64,000 bases of DNA from an uncultured Candidatus Saccharibacteria bacterium (GCA_964552475.1 CAZKFZ010000001.1:128621-192620); one strand, 5' to 3'. Numbered from the stretch's first letter, positions 48,178 through 57,283 are shown. The notes: a model not told the origin generated them from the letters alone. Made by a program: numbers and translations.

Positions 48178-49030
48178 TAGTAGTTTTACTATAAAAAAAA
48201 TAAGTAAGCTATATAGGCTAAAAGTAGGGGAGTAAAAACAATTATAGCTCTGATCCCCCATAAAACAGAATAATCGTTCAGACAACCGGCGATGATTCGT
48301 GAAGGGTATTGAAGTATATGATTTAAAACACAAAATCTATTTTACGTAATCAATCCATCTCCCCTATATTATTGCTATTTGATTAAAACTTCATGTGATC
48401 ATTTTATATGTTACTTTATATATACCTTTAATATAATTTAGTATGATTGTCATTATGAATCTCGTTTCAAATAAATATTTCTCTTAAATGTTTCCCATAC
48501 TATTACTAAAGAACAACTAAGAATAGATTGTCAGTAAAAAGAATGCTGCTATTACTTAAATAAAGTGGATAAAGAGAAGTTTCATAGAATACATAGGTAT
48601 AATTAATCAAGTCTAGTGCATAATATACTTAGTCGCACAATGTATATTTTGCGTCGTATTAAGGTATTATACTTAAAATACGTATTTATATTTTAAACAT
48701 ATTTTTTTTATGATTTTTTCTCTATTTGCTCCCCTCTCTAGTATAAGCTTAGATAATCAATTCTATTGTTAACACCATGTATTTAACTAAATACATATAC
48801 ATACAAAAACCGAACGTAATATAAAAGTGAATTGAGGACGTATTTAGCTAGATCTAAATAACTAAGTACTATATATTATAAAAAATGCCAAAGCCTAAAT
48901 GACTAAAGTATCTATACTTAAGACTTTTATCCGTAATTATATTAGGTTAAAAGTTATCCACAGTCGAATTATAGGGTCGCAAAATAGCTGTAGTATATTT
49001 TACAATAATACCCTCACCGTCTCGCTTCCC

Positions 49031-49852
49031 CTACTTGTAGAATACCCTACCATTAATACGTAGATCTATATATTCTTTAGGCGCTTTATTTTGTTTTTTT
49101 AGTTCATCAAGTACCGTCACTAGGTCGGTTAACTGCTCGCCCACTGGCCTGGTAGTATCAAATCGTATCTTGTAACCCTGTTGAGTCAGTACAAATAACT
49201 CCGTCGTGGTTTCCTGAACTTGGTACTCAGCGACTTTAACCCCATTTTCAGGTAGTTTAGCATGGAGTTGTTCTACAAAAGCCACAAAGCTTTCGGCTAG
49301 AGCTACCTCCCCTGTTTTTACCGGCAAGTTGGATGTATCTACCACTGTTGGCAAGCTACCCTTTAATTCTTCGCTTGGTTCCCCACTGTACGCATGCCCA
49401 TTACTTGAGAAAACTGATATTACATTGCCGGACTTCCAAAGCAAACTCGGCTTTTGTTCGGTTATTGTTACTTTTAGCTTATTTGGGTATATTCGGTCTA
49501 TTTTCGTATTTGCTATCTGATAATTATTTTTCTTGAGTTGGTTGTCGACATTCTGTAACGATGCGAAAAAGATGTTTTGCGAGATTGGCGAACCGCCAAT
49601 AATCTCCATTACCTGAGTTCTTATAGTTGACTCAGCTACCGTTTGGTTGCCGACTACCTCTATTTTTTGAATTCTAAAAAAACTAGAAGCTACTACAAAG
49701 TAAAAAACAAATCCAAAAACCGTGATATATATAATTGGTCGAATAAATCGCTTGGGAGTTGACTTAGATTTTTCTTTTTTGACTTGTTCTAGTTTCTTAT
49801 ATCCAACCTGATTAGAGTTGGTTACTCTTCTTACCCTTCTGCGCTCCTTCAT
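49031..49852 (-). CDS. ftsQ: Cell division protein FtsQ/DivIB-like
   Basis: Basic N-terminus, single TM (IIYITVFGFVFYFVVASSFF), then a POTRA-like region (IQKIEVVGNQTV...); located after murG in the division cluster. Confidence 0.6.
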   Translation of the reverse strand: MKERRRVRRVTNSNQVGYKKLEQVKKEKSKSTPKRFIRPIIYITVFGFVFYFVVASSFFRIQKIEVVGNQTVAESTIRTQVMEIIGGSPISQNIFFASLQNVDNQLKKNNYQIANTKIDRIYPNKLKVTITEQKPSLLWKSGNVISVFSSNGHAYSGEPSEELKGSLPTVVDTSNLPVKTGEVALAESFVAFVEQLHAKLPENGVKVAEYQVQETTTELFVLTQQGYKIRFDTTRPVGEQLTDLVTVLDELKKQNKAPKEYIDLRINGRVFYK

Positions 49853-51009
49853 ACATTACTTCCCTTAGCAGTGCTAATAATTAGATCTGCAATACGTGTA
49901 GACGCATCAGAAATCCAAACCTTATGAATGTTTGATTGTAGGTACTTTTTTGATTTTGGATTTGATAATATTTTATCAACTTCAGAACAAAGTCTGATTG
50001 GTGTAAGATCGGTTTGCTGAATAATCCTTACTGCCCCAATTTTCTCTAAAAATGTAGCATTTTGTTGCTGATGGTTGTTAGCGGAAAGTGGGTTTGGAAC
50101 AAGTATAGTTGGCTTCGAGTGAGCAGCTACCTCTGCAATAGAACTAGCACTCGCCCTTATGATTGTAATATTAGCAATAAAAAGTGCATCGGCCATTTCA
50201 GATTGCAGAAATTCAAACGGTCTGTAACTACTCTTTAAGTTTACATCAAGTTTATGAGCAATTATTCTTGCTCTTTCAATGCCTTGCGTACCTGTGTGAT
50301 GTATTACATTAAAAGTTCTGAGTATTAATTCTAGACCATCAAAAACAACGTCGTTAATGGCTTCTGCGCCTTGAGATCCACCAAAGATAAATACTACAGG
50401 TTTATTGTTTGTAAAATTGAAAGTTTTTTTAGCTTTATTAGGGTTGGTAGAGAGTAGCTCGCTTCTCACGGGGTTACCAGTAAAAACTAATTTGTTTGAT
50501 TGAGAATAGTCTGGGTATGCATCTATAGGAAACCCAGTGGCAATTTTTTGGGCTCTGTTAGCAAGTATGCGGCTAGCCAAGCCAAAGACAACATCAGAAT
50601 CGTGGATAACCAGGGGTATTTTTAGTCTTGATGCCGCTAGGCCTACTGGCACCGTAACGTAACCTCCTTTGGTAAATACTACGTCGGGATTAAAGCTTTT
50701 TAATATCTTTTTGGCTTGCAGGTATCCTTTACTAAACCTCACAAGGTCTGATAAATTTTTACTATTAGTCTTAATATCTGCAATTTCTTTGCCGGCACCA
50801 CGTCCGTAACGTCGGTATTTACCAGCTGATATTATTTTGTAGTCAAAACTATAAGCGCTAAGTAGTTGCCTCTCTACTGCACTACCTGAGCCGATAAAAA
50901 CCACCTTAATTTCTGGGTTAGACTCGTACAGGGCGTCGATCACTGCTAGGACTGGTGTTATGTGTCCGGCTGTTCCGCCGCCGCAAACCACGATTTTCAT
51001 CTGGCTCAT
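49849..51009 (-). CDS. murG: UDP-GlcNAc:undecaprenyl-PP-MurNAc-pentapeptide GlcNAc transferase
   Basis: N-terminal VVCGGGTAGHITPVLAV and the GT28 C-terminal domain. Confidence 0.9.
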   Translation of the reverse strand: MSQMKIVVCGGGTAGHITPVLAVIDALYESNPEIKVVFIGSGSAVERQLLSAYSFDYKIISAGKYRRYGRGAGKEIADIKTNSKNLSDLVRFSKGYLQAKKILKSFNPDVVFTKGGYVTVPVGLAASRLKIPLVIHDSDVVFGLASRILANRAQKIATGFPIDAYPDYSQSNKLVFTGNPVRSELLSTNPNKAKKTFNFTNNKPVVFIFGGSQGAEAINDVVFDGLELILRTFNVIHHTGTQGIERARIIAHKLDVNLKSSYRPFEFLQSEMADALFIANITIIRASASSIAEVAAHSKPTILVPNPLSANNHQQQNATFLEKIGAVRIIQQTDLTPIRLCSEVDKILSNPKSKKYLQSNIHKVWISDASTRIADLIISTAKGSNV

Positions 51010-52147
51010 CTCCTTTCGTATAGCGTGAAATATTTTGCAAAATACCTACAGAAATAAGTAGCGCAATCATACTTGTTCCGCCGTAACTAATAAATGGCAA
51101 AGTTATTCCTGTAAGCGGAATTATTCCGAGCATGGCTGCTATATTGTAAAAAGACTGAAAGCCTATCCATGCTGTTATACCACATGCCACTAATTTTGCG
51201 TAGTCATCTGGTGCGTCTCGAATTATACGAAAACCGCGCCAAATAAGCAAGATAATTAACATAATAATAGTACTCGCCCCTATTAAACCAAATTCTTCAC
51301 CAATGATTGCAAAAATAGAGTCATTGGTGGCTTCGGGTAAATAACCATATGCCTGCAAGCTTTTACCCAGACCACGTCCAAATATACCTCCAGAACCCAA
51401 CGCTATTAGAGCTTGGTTAATGTGGTAACCTGCGCCCGTAGGATCGTCGCTATGATTTAAGAAAGTGATGTATCTAGACAACCTGTAGCTAGAACTAGCT
51501 ATCAGTGCAGCTGCCGTAGCAAACATACCACCAAGTGCGGCTAAAAACATCCAAACTGGTACGCCTGATATAAAATACATGCAAAATATCGCACTAGCAA
51601 GTACCGATGCCGAGCCCATGTCTTTTTGAAGTAGTACGACTAAACCCATTGCTAGCGCTAATATAATTATTAGAGGTACCAAACCTTCGAATGGTTCATT
51701 AAGCTTGTTCTTGTTCTTTTCTATCCAGGCAGCTACAAACAAAATAGTACCAAGTTTAAAAAATTCTACTGGTTGAAAATTGATTGGTCCAAAATGCACC
51801 CATCGAGCTGCCCCATTAACCTTAACTGCTATTCCCGGAACTAGAACCAAAAACATGAGAGCTAAAGACCCATAAAAGAACACACTGGCGTACTTTTGCC
51901 AGAAAGTATATTTTACTTTGCTAGCTACCAACCATCCGGTCATACCTAGTCCAAAGCTTAATAATTGAGTATAGAAAAAACCATTCTGGTCGCTACTACC
52001 ACCTGTCTGTTTTAATACGGCTATCCAACCGGTTGAGTAAATCATAACAAGGCCAATAGTTATAAGTATCAATACTAATACTGCCAAAAAATAATCTGGT
52101 CGGTGTGAAAAGGTAAATTTATCTGAATTTTTGTTTTGGGGTTTCAT
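50918..52147 (-). CDS. ftsW: SEDS-family peptidoglycan glycosyltransferase FtsW
   Basis: 10-TM SEDS topology, conserved PFISYGGTSM near the C-terminus. A long charged tail overlaps the murG 5' end by ~90 nt in another frame. Confidence 0.85.
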   Translation of the reverse strand: MKPQNKNSDKFTFSHRPDYFLAVLVLILITIGLVMIYSTGWIAVLKQTGGSSDQNGFFYTQLLSFGLGMTGWLVASKVKYTFWQKYASVFFYGSLALMFLVLVPGIAVKVNGAARWVHFGPINFQPVEFFKLGTILFVAAWIEKNKNKLNEPFEGLVPLIIILALAMGLVVLLQKDMGSASVLASAIFCMYFISGVPVWMFLAALGGMFATAAALIASSSYRLSRYITFLNHSDDPTGAGYHINQALIALGSGGIFGRGLGKSLQAYGYLPEATNDSIFAIIGEEFGLIGASTIIMLIILLIWRGFRIIRDAPDDYAKLVACGITAWIGFQSFYNIAAMLGIIPLTGITLPFISYGGTSMIALLISVGILQNISRYTKGDEPDENRGLRRRNSRTHNTSPSSDRRPVRV

Positions 52148-52164
52148 TTTTTTAAATAACTATT

Positions 52165-53187
52165 TTAAACTCTGGTGATTAAACCTAGTAACATTCCTAT
52201 AGCCGCACTTACTGCTCCAATTATCCATAATCGCATAGTCACCTTTGTTTCGGGCCAACCTATAGCTTCTAAATGATGGTGTAGTGGTGCAGATAAGAAT
52301 ATTTTTCTTTTAAATACTTTTTTAGAGAATATCTGAATTAGACTAGATCCAGCCTCTACCACAAATACAGAGGCAATTACAGGTAACACAAATACAGAAT
52401 TCGTGAGCATAGCCACAACCCCAAGTGCTGTACCAAAGGCGAACGATCCCGTATCGCCCATAAAAAACCTTGCCGGAAAAATATTAAACCAAGTATAAGA
52501 TAGAACTGCACCAACCATTGCTAAACAGAATCCAGCAATACCAAAATTACCTTGAGCAAAAGCAATTATACAGTAAGCAGAAAACGCGCTCGCTAACAAC
52601 CCACCAGCTAATCCATCTAGCCCGTCGGCGATATTAACGGCGTTAGCAGTAGAAACTACAACTAAAATGAAAAGTGGTATATATAACCAACCTATCTCAA
52701 AATTACCAACTGCTGGCACGTGAATTTGGCTATAACCTAGACGGAAGAAGAAGTATAGGGCTCCAACTAATGCTACTAACAGAATTAGACCCATTTTTAA
52801 GGATCCTCGTATTCCTGCAATACCACTCTTACCTCTAATATTTATAAAATCGTCTAGCAGACCAATAGAACCAGCAGCCACCAGACCAAATACCGGTAAG
52901 TAAGTTTGTGATCTGCTCCAGTTGAGTAGTAATGTAGTGATAGCCACCGCTACAACACCTACAACGCCGGCCATAGTAGGTATGTTTCGCTTGTGTTTAG
53001 CAGCATGCAACTTGTAATAAACCGGTGCTTTCTCACCTGTCATGGCGTCGGTTCTTACTTGTTTCCATAGCTTATATTTAAATGCGTAGTGCGTATATAT
53101 CGGCGTTAAGACCATAGCTAACACAAAACAGATAAAGCCCTGAAAAAGTATGTGTGATAATTGTACGCTTAGTGTGGTTTCAAACAT
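52165..53187 (-). CDS. mraY: Phospho-N-acetylmuramoyl-pentapeptide transferase
   Basis: NAVNIADGLDGLAGG and the downstream PNPP family motifs. Confidence 0.95.
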   Translation of the reverse strand: MFETTLSVQLSHILFQGFICFVLAMVLTPIYTHYAFKYKLWKQVRTDAMTGEKAPVYYKLHAAKHKRNIPTMAGVVGVVAVAITTLLLNWSRSQTYLPVFGLVAAGSIGLLDDFINIRGKSGIAGIRGSLKMGLILLVALVGALYFFFRLGYSQIHVPAVGNFEIGWLYIPLFILVVVSTANAVNIADGLDGLAGGLLASAFSAYCIIAFAQGNFGIAGFCLAMVGAVLSYTWFNIFPARFFMGDTGSFAFGTALGVVAMLTNSVFVLPVIASVFVVEAGSSLIQIFSKKVFKRKIFLSAPLHHHLEAIGWPETKVTMRLWIIGAVSAAIGMLLGLITRV

Positions 53188-53221
53188 GTTATATTGATTG
53201 TTATTTTAGCAAATTATTTAC

Positions 53222-54952
53222 TTAATTACTACTGGGTGGTACCTGATAATAGTTGAAGAGTTCTTTTGCAACAACGGCAAAAGCGGGAACCGCAGTTTTT
53301 TCTGCAAAGCCCTCAACTTTCGGATAGTCTACTCTTACCAACATTACAAAACGAGGATCCTCGGCTGGAGCAAAGCCTACAAAACTACCGATGTTTTTAT
53401 TATCTTCATAGCCCTTACCATCGGCTCTAGGTACCTGAGCGGTACCTGTTTTGCCGGCTATTTTGTAGCCCTTCATTCTGGTAAGGTAGCCAGATCCATG
53501 TTCTACTACTTGAGTCATTATTTCACCTAGCTGTACAGCTGCTGGAGCGCTAATTACATTTCTCACTACCTCGGTATTATTAGGCTTGATAGTCTGGTCT
53601 TGGGCAACCTCGCCGGCAACTATATGTGGTTTTACTAGGTTGCCATTGTTGGCTATTGCGCCCACAGCCGCAAGCAACTGAACGGAATTAACTGAAATAC
53701 CTTGACCAAAACTCATATTCGCATAGTCTACATCTGAGCTAGTTGCTGGCTTTACTTTACTACTCACTTCTCCAGCCTGTTCAATACCAGTAACCTTACC
53801 AAAACCAAATTTTTCAATATAATCGTGCAGTACTTGCTTGCTAGTCGGGGTAATCGTTCTGGGATCGGTGCCTAGCTGCTGTAAGACAAACACTACACCT
53901 GTATTGAGAGATTTCTGGATTACATCAGTCATGGTTTGAATACCGAATTTATGATTTTCAGCATTTTTTATTGTCTTACCGCCAATTGTAAGTTCGCCAG
54001 TATCATTATAAATAGTTTTTGGCGTAACCTTACCGGTGTCTAAACCTGCAGCCATAGTAATTACCTTAAATCCACTGCCTGGCTCAAATAAACTTGAAGT
54101 TGAGAGATTAGAAAAAACAGCATAATCTTTGACATCTCGGAAATTATTTGGGTCGAAATCTGGGTAGTTTGTCATAGCTTTAATTTCGCCGGTCTTAGCA
54201 TCCATAACTATAATACTTCCAGAACTTGCTTTGTTTGTCTCTACAGCTGTCTTAATTGCTTCGCGAGCCACCTCTTGTAACCCTCTGTCAAGAGTAAGAA
54301 CAAAGCTTTTTCCCTCTTTTGGCTCGGTGAGGGTATTTTCGGTGCTATTAATGGGTATTCCTAGTGCGTCGGTAATGGTGTTGTACTGACCCTTTTGCCC
54401 AGCCAGGGCTTCATCGCTAAACTGCTCAAAGCCATACTGACCTTTACCATCATCATTTACATAACCCAATACGTGCGAAAACAATGTACTCTCTGGATAG
54501 TATCGGCTCGATCTCTGCTGTAAAATCACTCCAGGTAGAGATAGAGTTTTTATTTTTTCGGCTTGGTCTGAAGAAATATTTTTTGAGAGCTCAACGTAAC
54601 GCCCGCTTTTTGATAGTTTAGACTTAATGTCTTCTGCAGATTGAAGAGTAATAGTGCTTAATTTTTGAGAAGTTTCCTCGCTACTTACTATAAACTTAGG
54701 GTCTACAGCCAAAGTGTAAACTTGAGTGTTTAGTGCTATTGGCACAAGAGTCTGACCTTCTTTTAAGTAAATTAGACCTCTTGTTGATGGAATCTCAAAC
54801 TTTCTAGATTGTTGTTCTGATGCTTTTTGTGCATATTGCTTACCTCGCATGGCTTGTACATAAAAAAGACGCCCTAGCGCAATAAACCAAAGTGCAATAA
54901 CAAGTGCAGCAATGGTGTATAGTCGCCAACGTTCGCGTTTACGGGGTTGCAT
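53222..54952 (-). CDS. ftsI: Class B penicillin-binding protein (FtsI/PBP2-type transpeptidase)
   Basis: N-terminal TM, dimerisation domain, and transpeptidase motifs SGFK (SxxK), SxN and KTGTA (AGKTGTAQ). Confidence 0.85.
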   Translation of the reverse strand: MQPRKRERWRLYTIAALVIALWFIALGRLFYVQAMRGKQYAQKASEQQSRKFEIPSTRGLIYLKEGQTLVPIALNTQVYTLAVDPKFIVSSEETSQKLSTITLQSAEDIKSKLSKSGRYVELSKNISSDQAEKIKTLSLPGVILQQRSSRYYPESTLFSHVLGYVNDDGKGQYGFEQFSDEALAGQKGQYNTITDALGIPINSTENTLTEPKEGKSFVLTLDRGLQEVAREAIKTAVETNKASSGSIIVMDAKTGEIKAMTNYPDFDPNNFRDVKDYAVFSNLSTSSLFEPGSGFKVITMAAGLDTGKVTPKTIYNDTGELTIGGKTIKNAENHKFGIQTMTDVIQKSLNTGVVFVLQQLGTDPRTITPTSKQVLHDYIEKFGFGKVTGIEQAGEVSSKVKPATSSDVDYANMSFGQGISVNSVQLLAAVGAIANNGNLVKPHIVAGEVAQDQTIKPNNTEVVRNVISAPAAVQLGEIMTQVVEHGSGYLTRMKGYKIAGKTGTAQVPRADGKGYEDNKNIGSFVGFAPAEDPRFVMLVRVDYPKVEGFAEKTAVPAFAVVAKELFNYYQVPPSSN

Positions 54953-54967
54953 ACTTAACAGTATACC

Positions 54968-55306
54968 TTATTTAATTGTCTTTTGGGCTTGAGCGAAAGA
55001 AACTGTATCAGTCTTTACGAGTCCATTATTGGCAGCCTTAGCCTTCGTTTCGGCGAGTGACTGTGCTCGAGCAGCTTCAATCTGTAATTTCTGTTTCTGC
55101 GTCTCTAAGTTCGCCTGCGTATTTTTTAAAGTAGAAATCTTGTAGCTAAAAACAGAAGTTTTAGTTATCTGATTTAAGTACATTAAAGATAGTAATATAA
55201 CCAGTCCTAATAGCATTAGCCCTACCGCAATTGGTCCTGTTTGGAATTGAAGTCTATTTCTTGTAATGTTCTGGTTGCGGCGCATAGACGCTACGGCTGT
55301 GCTCAT
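54968..55306 (-). CDS. ftsL: FtsL-like division protein (TM + coiled coil)
   Basis: 112 aa with a single TM (IAVGLMLLGLVILLSLMYL) followed by a coiled coil; located between rsmH and ftsI. Confidence 0.5.
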   Translation of the reverse strand: MSTAVASMRRNQNITRNRLQFQTGPIAVGLMLLGLVILLSLMYLNQITKTSVFSYKISTLKNTQANLETQKQKLQIEAARAQSLAETKAKAANNGLVKTDTVSFAQAQKTIK

Positions 55307-55334
55307 ATTTATCTCCTGTTTTTTTATTTTTATA

Positions 55335-55358
55335 GTTTTTTGTTTTTGTTTTTGTTTT
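55335..55358. repeat. (TTTTTG)n microsatellite-like tract in the ftsL-rsmH spacer
   Basis: ttttttgtttttgtttttgtttta; similar tracts at 56428-56448 and 56616-56668. Confidence 0.6.
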
Positions 55359-55387
55359 ATCGTTATATCTGTGTATTGGTAAGATTT

Positions 55388-55459
55388 CTAGTGTACTGTG
55401 ATTACTCTTACTTTTAGCTTACGAGCACGTGGGCTTTCGTTTTTAATTAATAAGGTCAT
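55388..55459 (-). pseudogene. 23-codon micro-ORF duplicating the conserved RsmH C-terminus (MTLLIKNESPRARKLKVRVITVH), with strong Shine-Dalgarno
   Basis: Shares the nucleotide string CCACGTGCyCGT and the peptide PRAR..KL(K/R)V with the real rsmH 3' end (…NTNPRARSAKLRVVEKIN). Preceded by AAGGAGGAAACATT-ATG. Confidence 0.4.
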
Positions 55460-55485
55460 AATGTTTCCTCCTTTTATTTTTTGTT

Positions 55486-56385
55486 TTAATTTATTTTCTC
55501 GACGACGCGTAGTTTGGCGCTACGGGCACGTGGATTGGTATTATCTAATTTTGAACCAACGACTGGTTTTTTGGTAACTATTTTGTATTTCGCCTCAGAC
55601 ACAATCTGACCATAGTCGTCACGTATTGGTGTGGCCAACTCCTTGAAGGCCTGTTTGACAAGTCGATCTTCTAGAGAATGAAAGCTTATCACGGCCATCC
55701 TTCCACCTTTACTTAGATTATTTGGAGCTTGTTTTAGCATCTGCTCTAATGCACCCAGTTCATCATTCACTGTAATTCTTAGTGCTTGGAAGCTACGTGT
55801 CGCTGGATGGATTCTGCCTATAGTTCTAACGTTTTTTGAAATAATCTCCGCTAAATCTGTAGTTTTGGTGATAGGTTTAATCTTTCTCTCCCTTACAATA
55901 GCTTTGGCAATTTTACGACTAGCCCTTTCTTCTCCATATTTATATAATATTTCGGCTAAATCGTGTTCTGAGTAGCTATTAACAATCTTTTCTGCAGTGA
56001 GATCTTGTGTTGTGTCCATTCTCATATCTAAAGGGCCAGGTTGTGAAAAGCTAAAACCTCTCTTGGGTTGATCAATCTGTGGCGAACTCACACCTACATC
56101 GGCAAGTATTATATCTGCAAGTGGTATGTTTTTATGCCATTTTATCGCGCTAAAGTCTACATGCTCTATACTGACGTTTTTTACGTTTTTAAACTTTGAA
56201 CGTAAGAACCTGATTGCTTCTGGGTCTTTATCAAAAAGATATCCATAGCCACTCTTACCTACGGCAGATAACAACTTAGTGGCGTGACCGCCATAACCTG
56301 CTGTTATATCTACAAATACTTCTCCCATCTTTGGTCGCAATAAAACTTCGACTTGTTCTAGTAATACTGGTGTGTGTCTGTTCAT
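55486..56385 (-). CDS. rsmH: 16S rRNA (cytosine1402-N4)-methyltransferase RsmH (MraW)
   Basis: MNRHTPVLLEQVEVL, the SAM-binding fold and the conserved C-terminal NPRARSAKLRV. Confidence 0.9.
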   Translation of the reverse strand: MNRHTPVLLEQVEVLLRPKMGEVFVDITAGYGGHATKLLSAVGKSGYGYLFDKDPEAIRFLRSKFKNVKNVSIEHVDFSAIKWHKNIPLADIILADVGVSSPQIDQPKRGFSFSQPGPLDMRMDTTQDLTAEKIVNSYSEHDLAEILYKYGEERASRKIAKAIVRERKIKPITKTTDLAEIISKNVRTIGRIHPATRSFQALRITVNDELGALEQMLKQAPNNLSKGGRMAVISFHSLEDRLVKQAFKELATPIRDDYGQIVSEAKYKIVTKKPVVGSKLDNTNPRARSAKLRVVEKIN

Positions 56386-56427
56386 GTCAAGGTTACCTAT
56401 TCAGCAGTCAGTTGTGTGTTTTTATAT

Positions 56428-56448
56428 TTGTTTTTTGTTTTTTGTTTT
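56428..56448. repeat. (TTTTTTG)n tract in the 344-bp mraZ-rsmH spacer
   Basis: ttttttgttttttgtttta. Confidence 0.5.
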
Positions 56449-56729
56449 AAATTTATCTGCAGTTGCAGACAATAGTGTGACAAGGACTTAATAAAATAAG
56501 TCCTTATAAGTAGAGATAGTTTGTGAGGTGGAGTTTTATGTTGCATGTACGTACTAGAGTATTATTTTACGCGTCACCCTCCAATAAACGCGTACTGACT
56601 GCCAAATAGTTAACTTTGATTTTTGTATTTTTTTGAACTTTTTGTTTTTATTTTGTTATTAATGAGCGATTGTCTTTTATATAGATTTTCATCTAGTAAG
56701 ACCATCATATAGACTGCCGATAAGCGGAA

Positions 56730-57080
56730 TCATTTAGCACTAAGTCTAAAGTATTTACCAGCTCTTACGGCGACAATATTTCTTTTGCCACCTAGCAGTT
56801 CCATATGATGGGCTTCTAGTGTTATTCGACCCTGTTTGCCATCCAGACGAGCATTTGTTCTGCCGGTTCGGAAGCGAACATTGAGATCGGCGGTTGATTC
56901 GTCTAGGATATCTCCTTGCAGAGCAGTTTCCATATCTTGATTCCAGACTTTTTCTGGATACAAGTGTAGATAATGCTTAAAACCAGGAGTGATAACTACG
57001 TTTTTACCAAACTCTTTGTGTAATTGCGAGGGAATTGTTAGTCGGTTTTTGTTGTCTAGCTTTCTTTCGAAATAATCCAT
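56730..57080 (-). CDS. mraZ: Transcriptional regulator MraZ
   Basis: Two DxxxR motifs (DNKNR, DGKQGR) in tandem MraZ repeats; 116 aa; first gene of the division cluster. Confidence 0.85.
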   Translation of the reverse strand: MDYFERKLDNKNRLTIPSQLHKEFGKNVVITPGFKHYLHLYPEKVWNQDMETALQGDILDESTADLNVRFRTGRTNARLDGKQGRITLEAHHMELLGGKRNIVAVRAGKYFRLSAK

Positions 57081-57105
57081 TGATTTATGTTTTTAGACTT
57101 TCTTA

Positions 57106-57154
57106 TTACCCACTGTTACCCACTAAATCTATTATATACGTCTAGTTACCCACT
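57106..57154 (-). promoter_or_regulatory. Three direct repeats AGTGGGTAA (MraZ-box-like GTGGG repeats) flanking a TATAAT upstream of mraZ
   Basis: Plus-strand TTACCCACT at 57106, 57116 and 57146; the first two are spaced 10 bp apart. The minus strand reads AGTGGGTAA-ctagacgTATAATagattt-AGTGGGTAA-c-AGTGGGTAA, then 25 nt to the mraZ ATG. Confidence 0.55.
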
Positions 57155-57283
57155 TGTAAAGTATTACAATCAAAGTTTTTATGGTTTTGATGATATTTGT
57201 TTTACTTTTATATAAGCAAATTACTGCACTTTACGAACACACTACGAAAGCACATATGCTTAGTCTCTGCTATACTTACTATT

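Noticed and set aside
48610-48660. dif-like site GCATAATATACTTAGTCGCACAATGTATATTTTGCG
   Set aside because: It does not fit well: only the TGTATA core and partial arms match generic dif consensus, the arms are only ~7/11 palindromic, and no Xer recombinase gene is in the window. Reported only as a hypothesis to test.
48953-48961. Perfect DnaA box TTATCCACA, and a near-perfect one at 48565, suggesting oriC
   Set aside because: One or two boxes in 64 kb are within chance expectation. Transcription converges on this spacer (terminus-like), not diverges, and no dnaA/dnaN is nearby. Kept only as a minor note inside the AT-rich-region finding.
55321-55365. Short tandem (TTTTTG)n tracts as a possible CRISPR or minisatellite
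   Set aside because: Units are 6-7 bp with no spacers, no repeat-spacer periodicity of 25-40 bp and no cas genes. It is simple low-complexity sequence.
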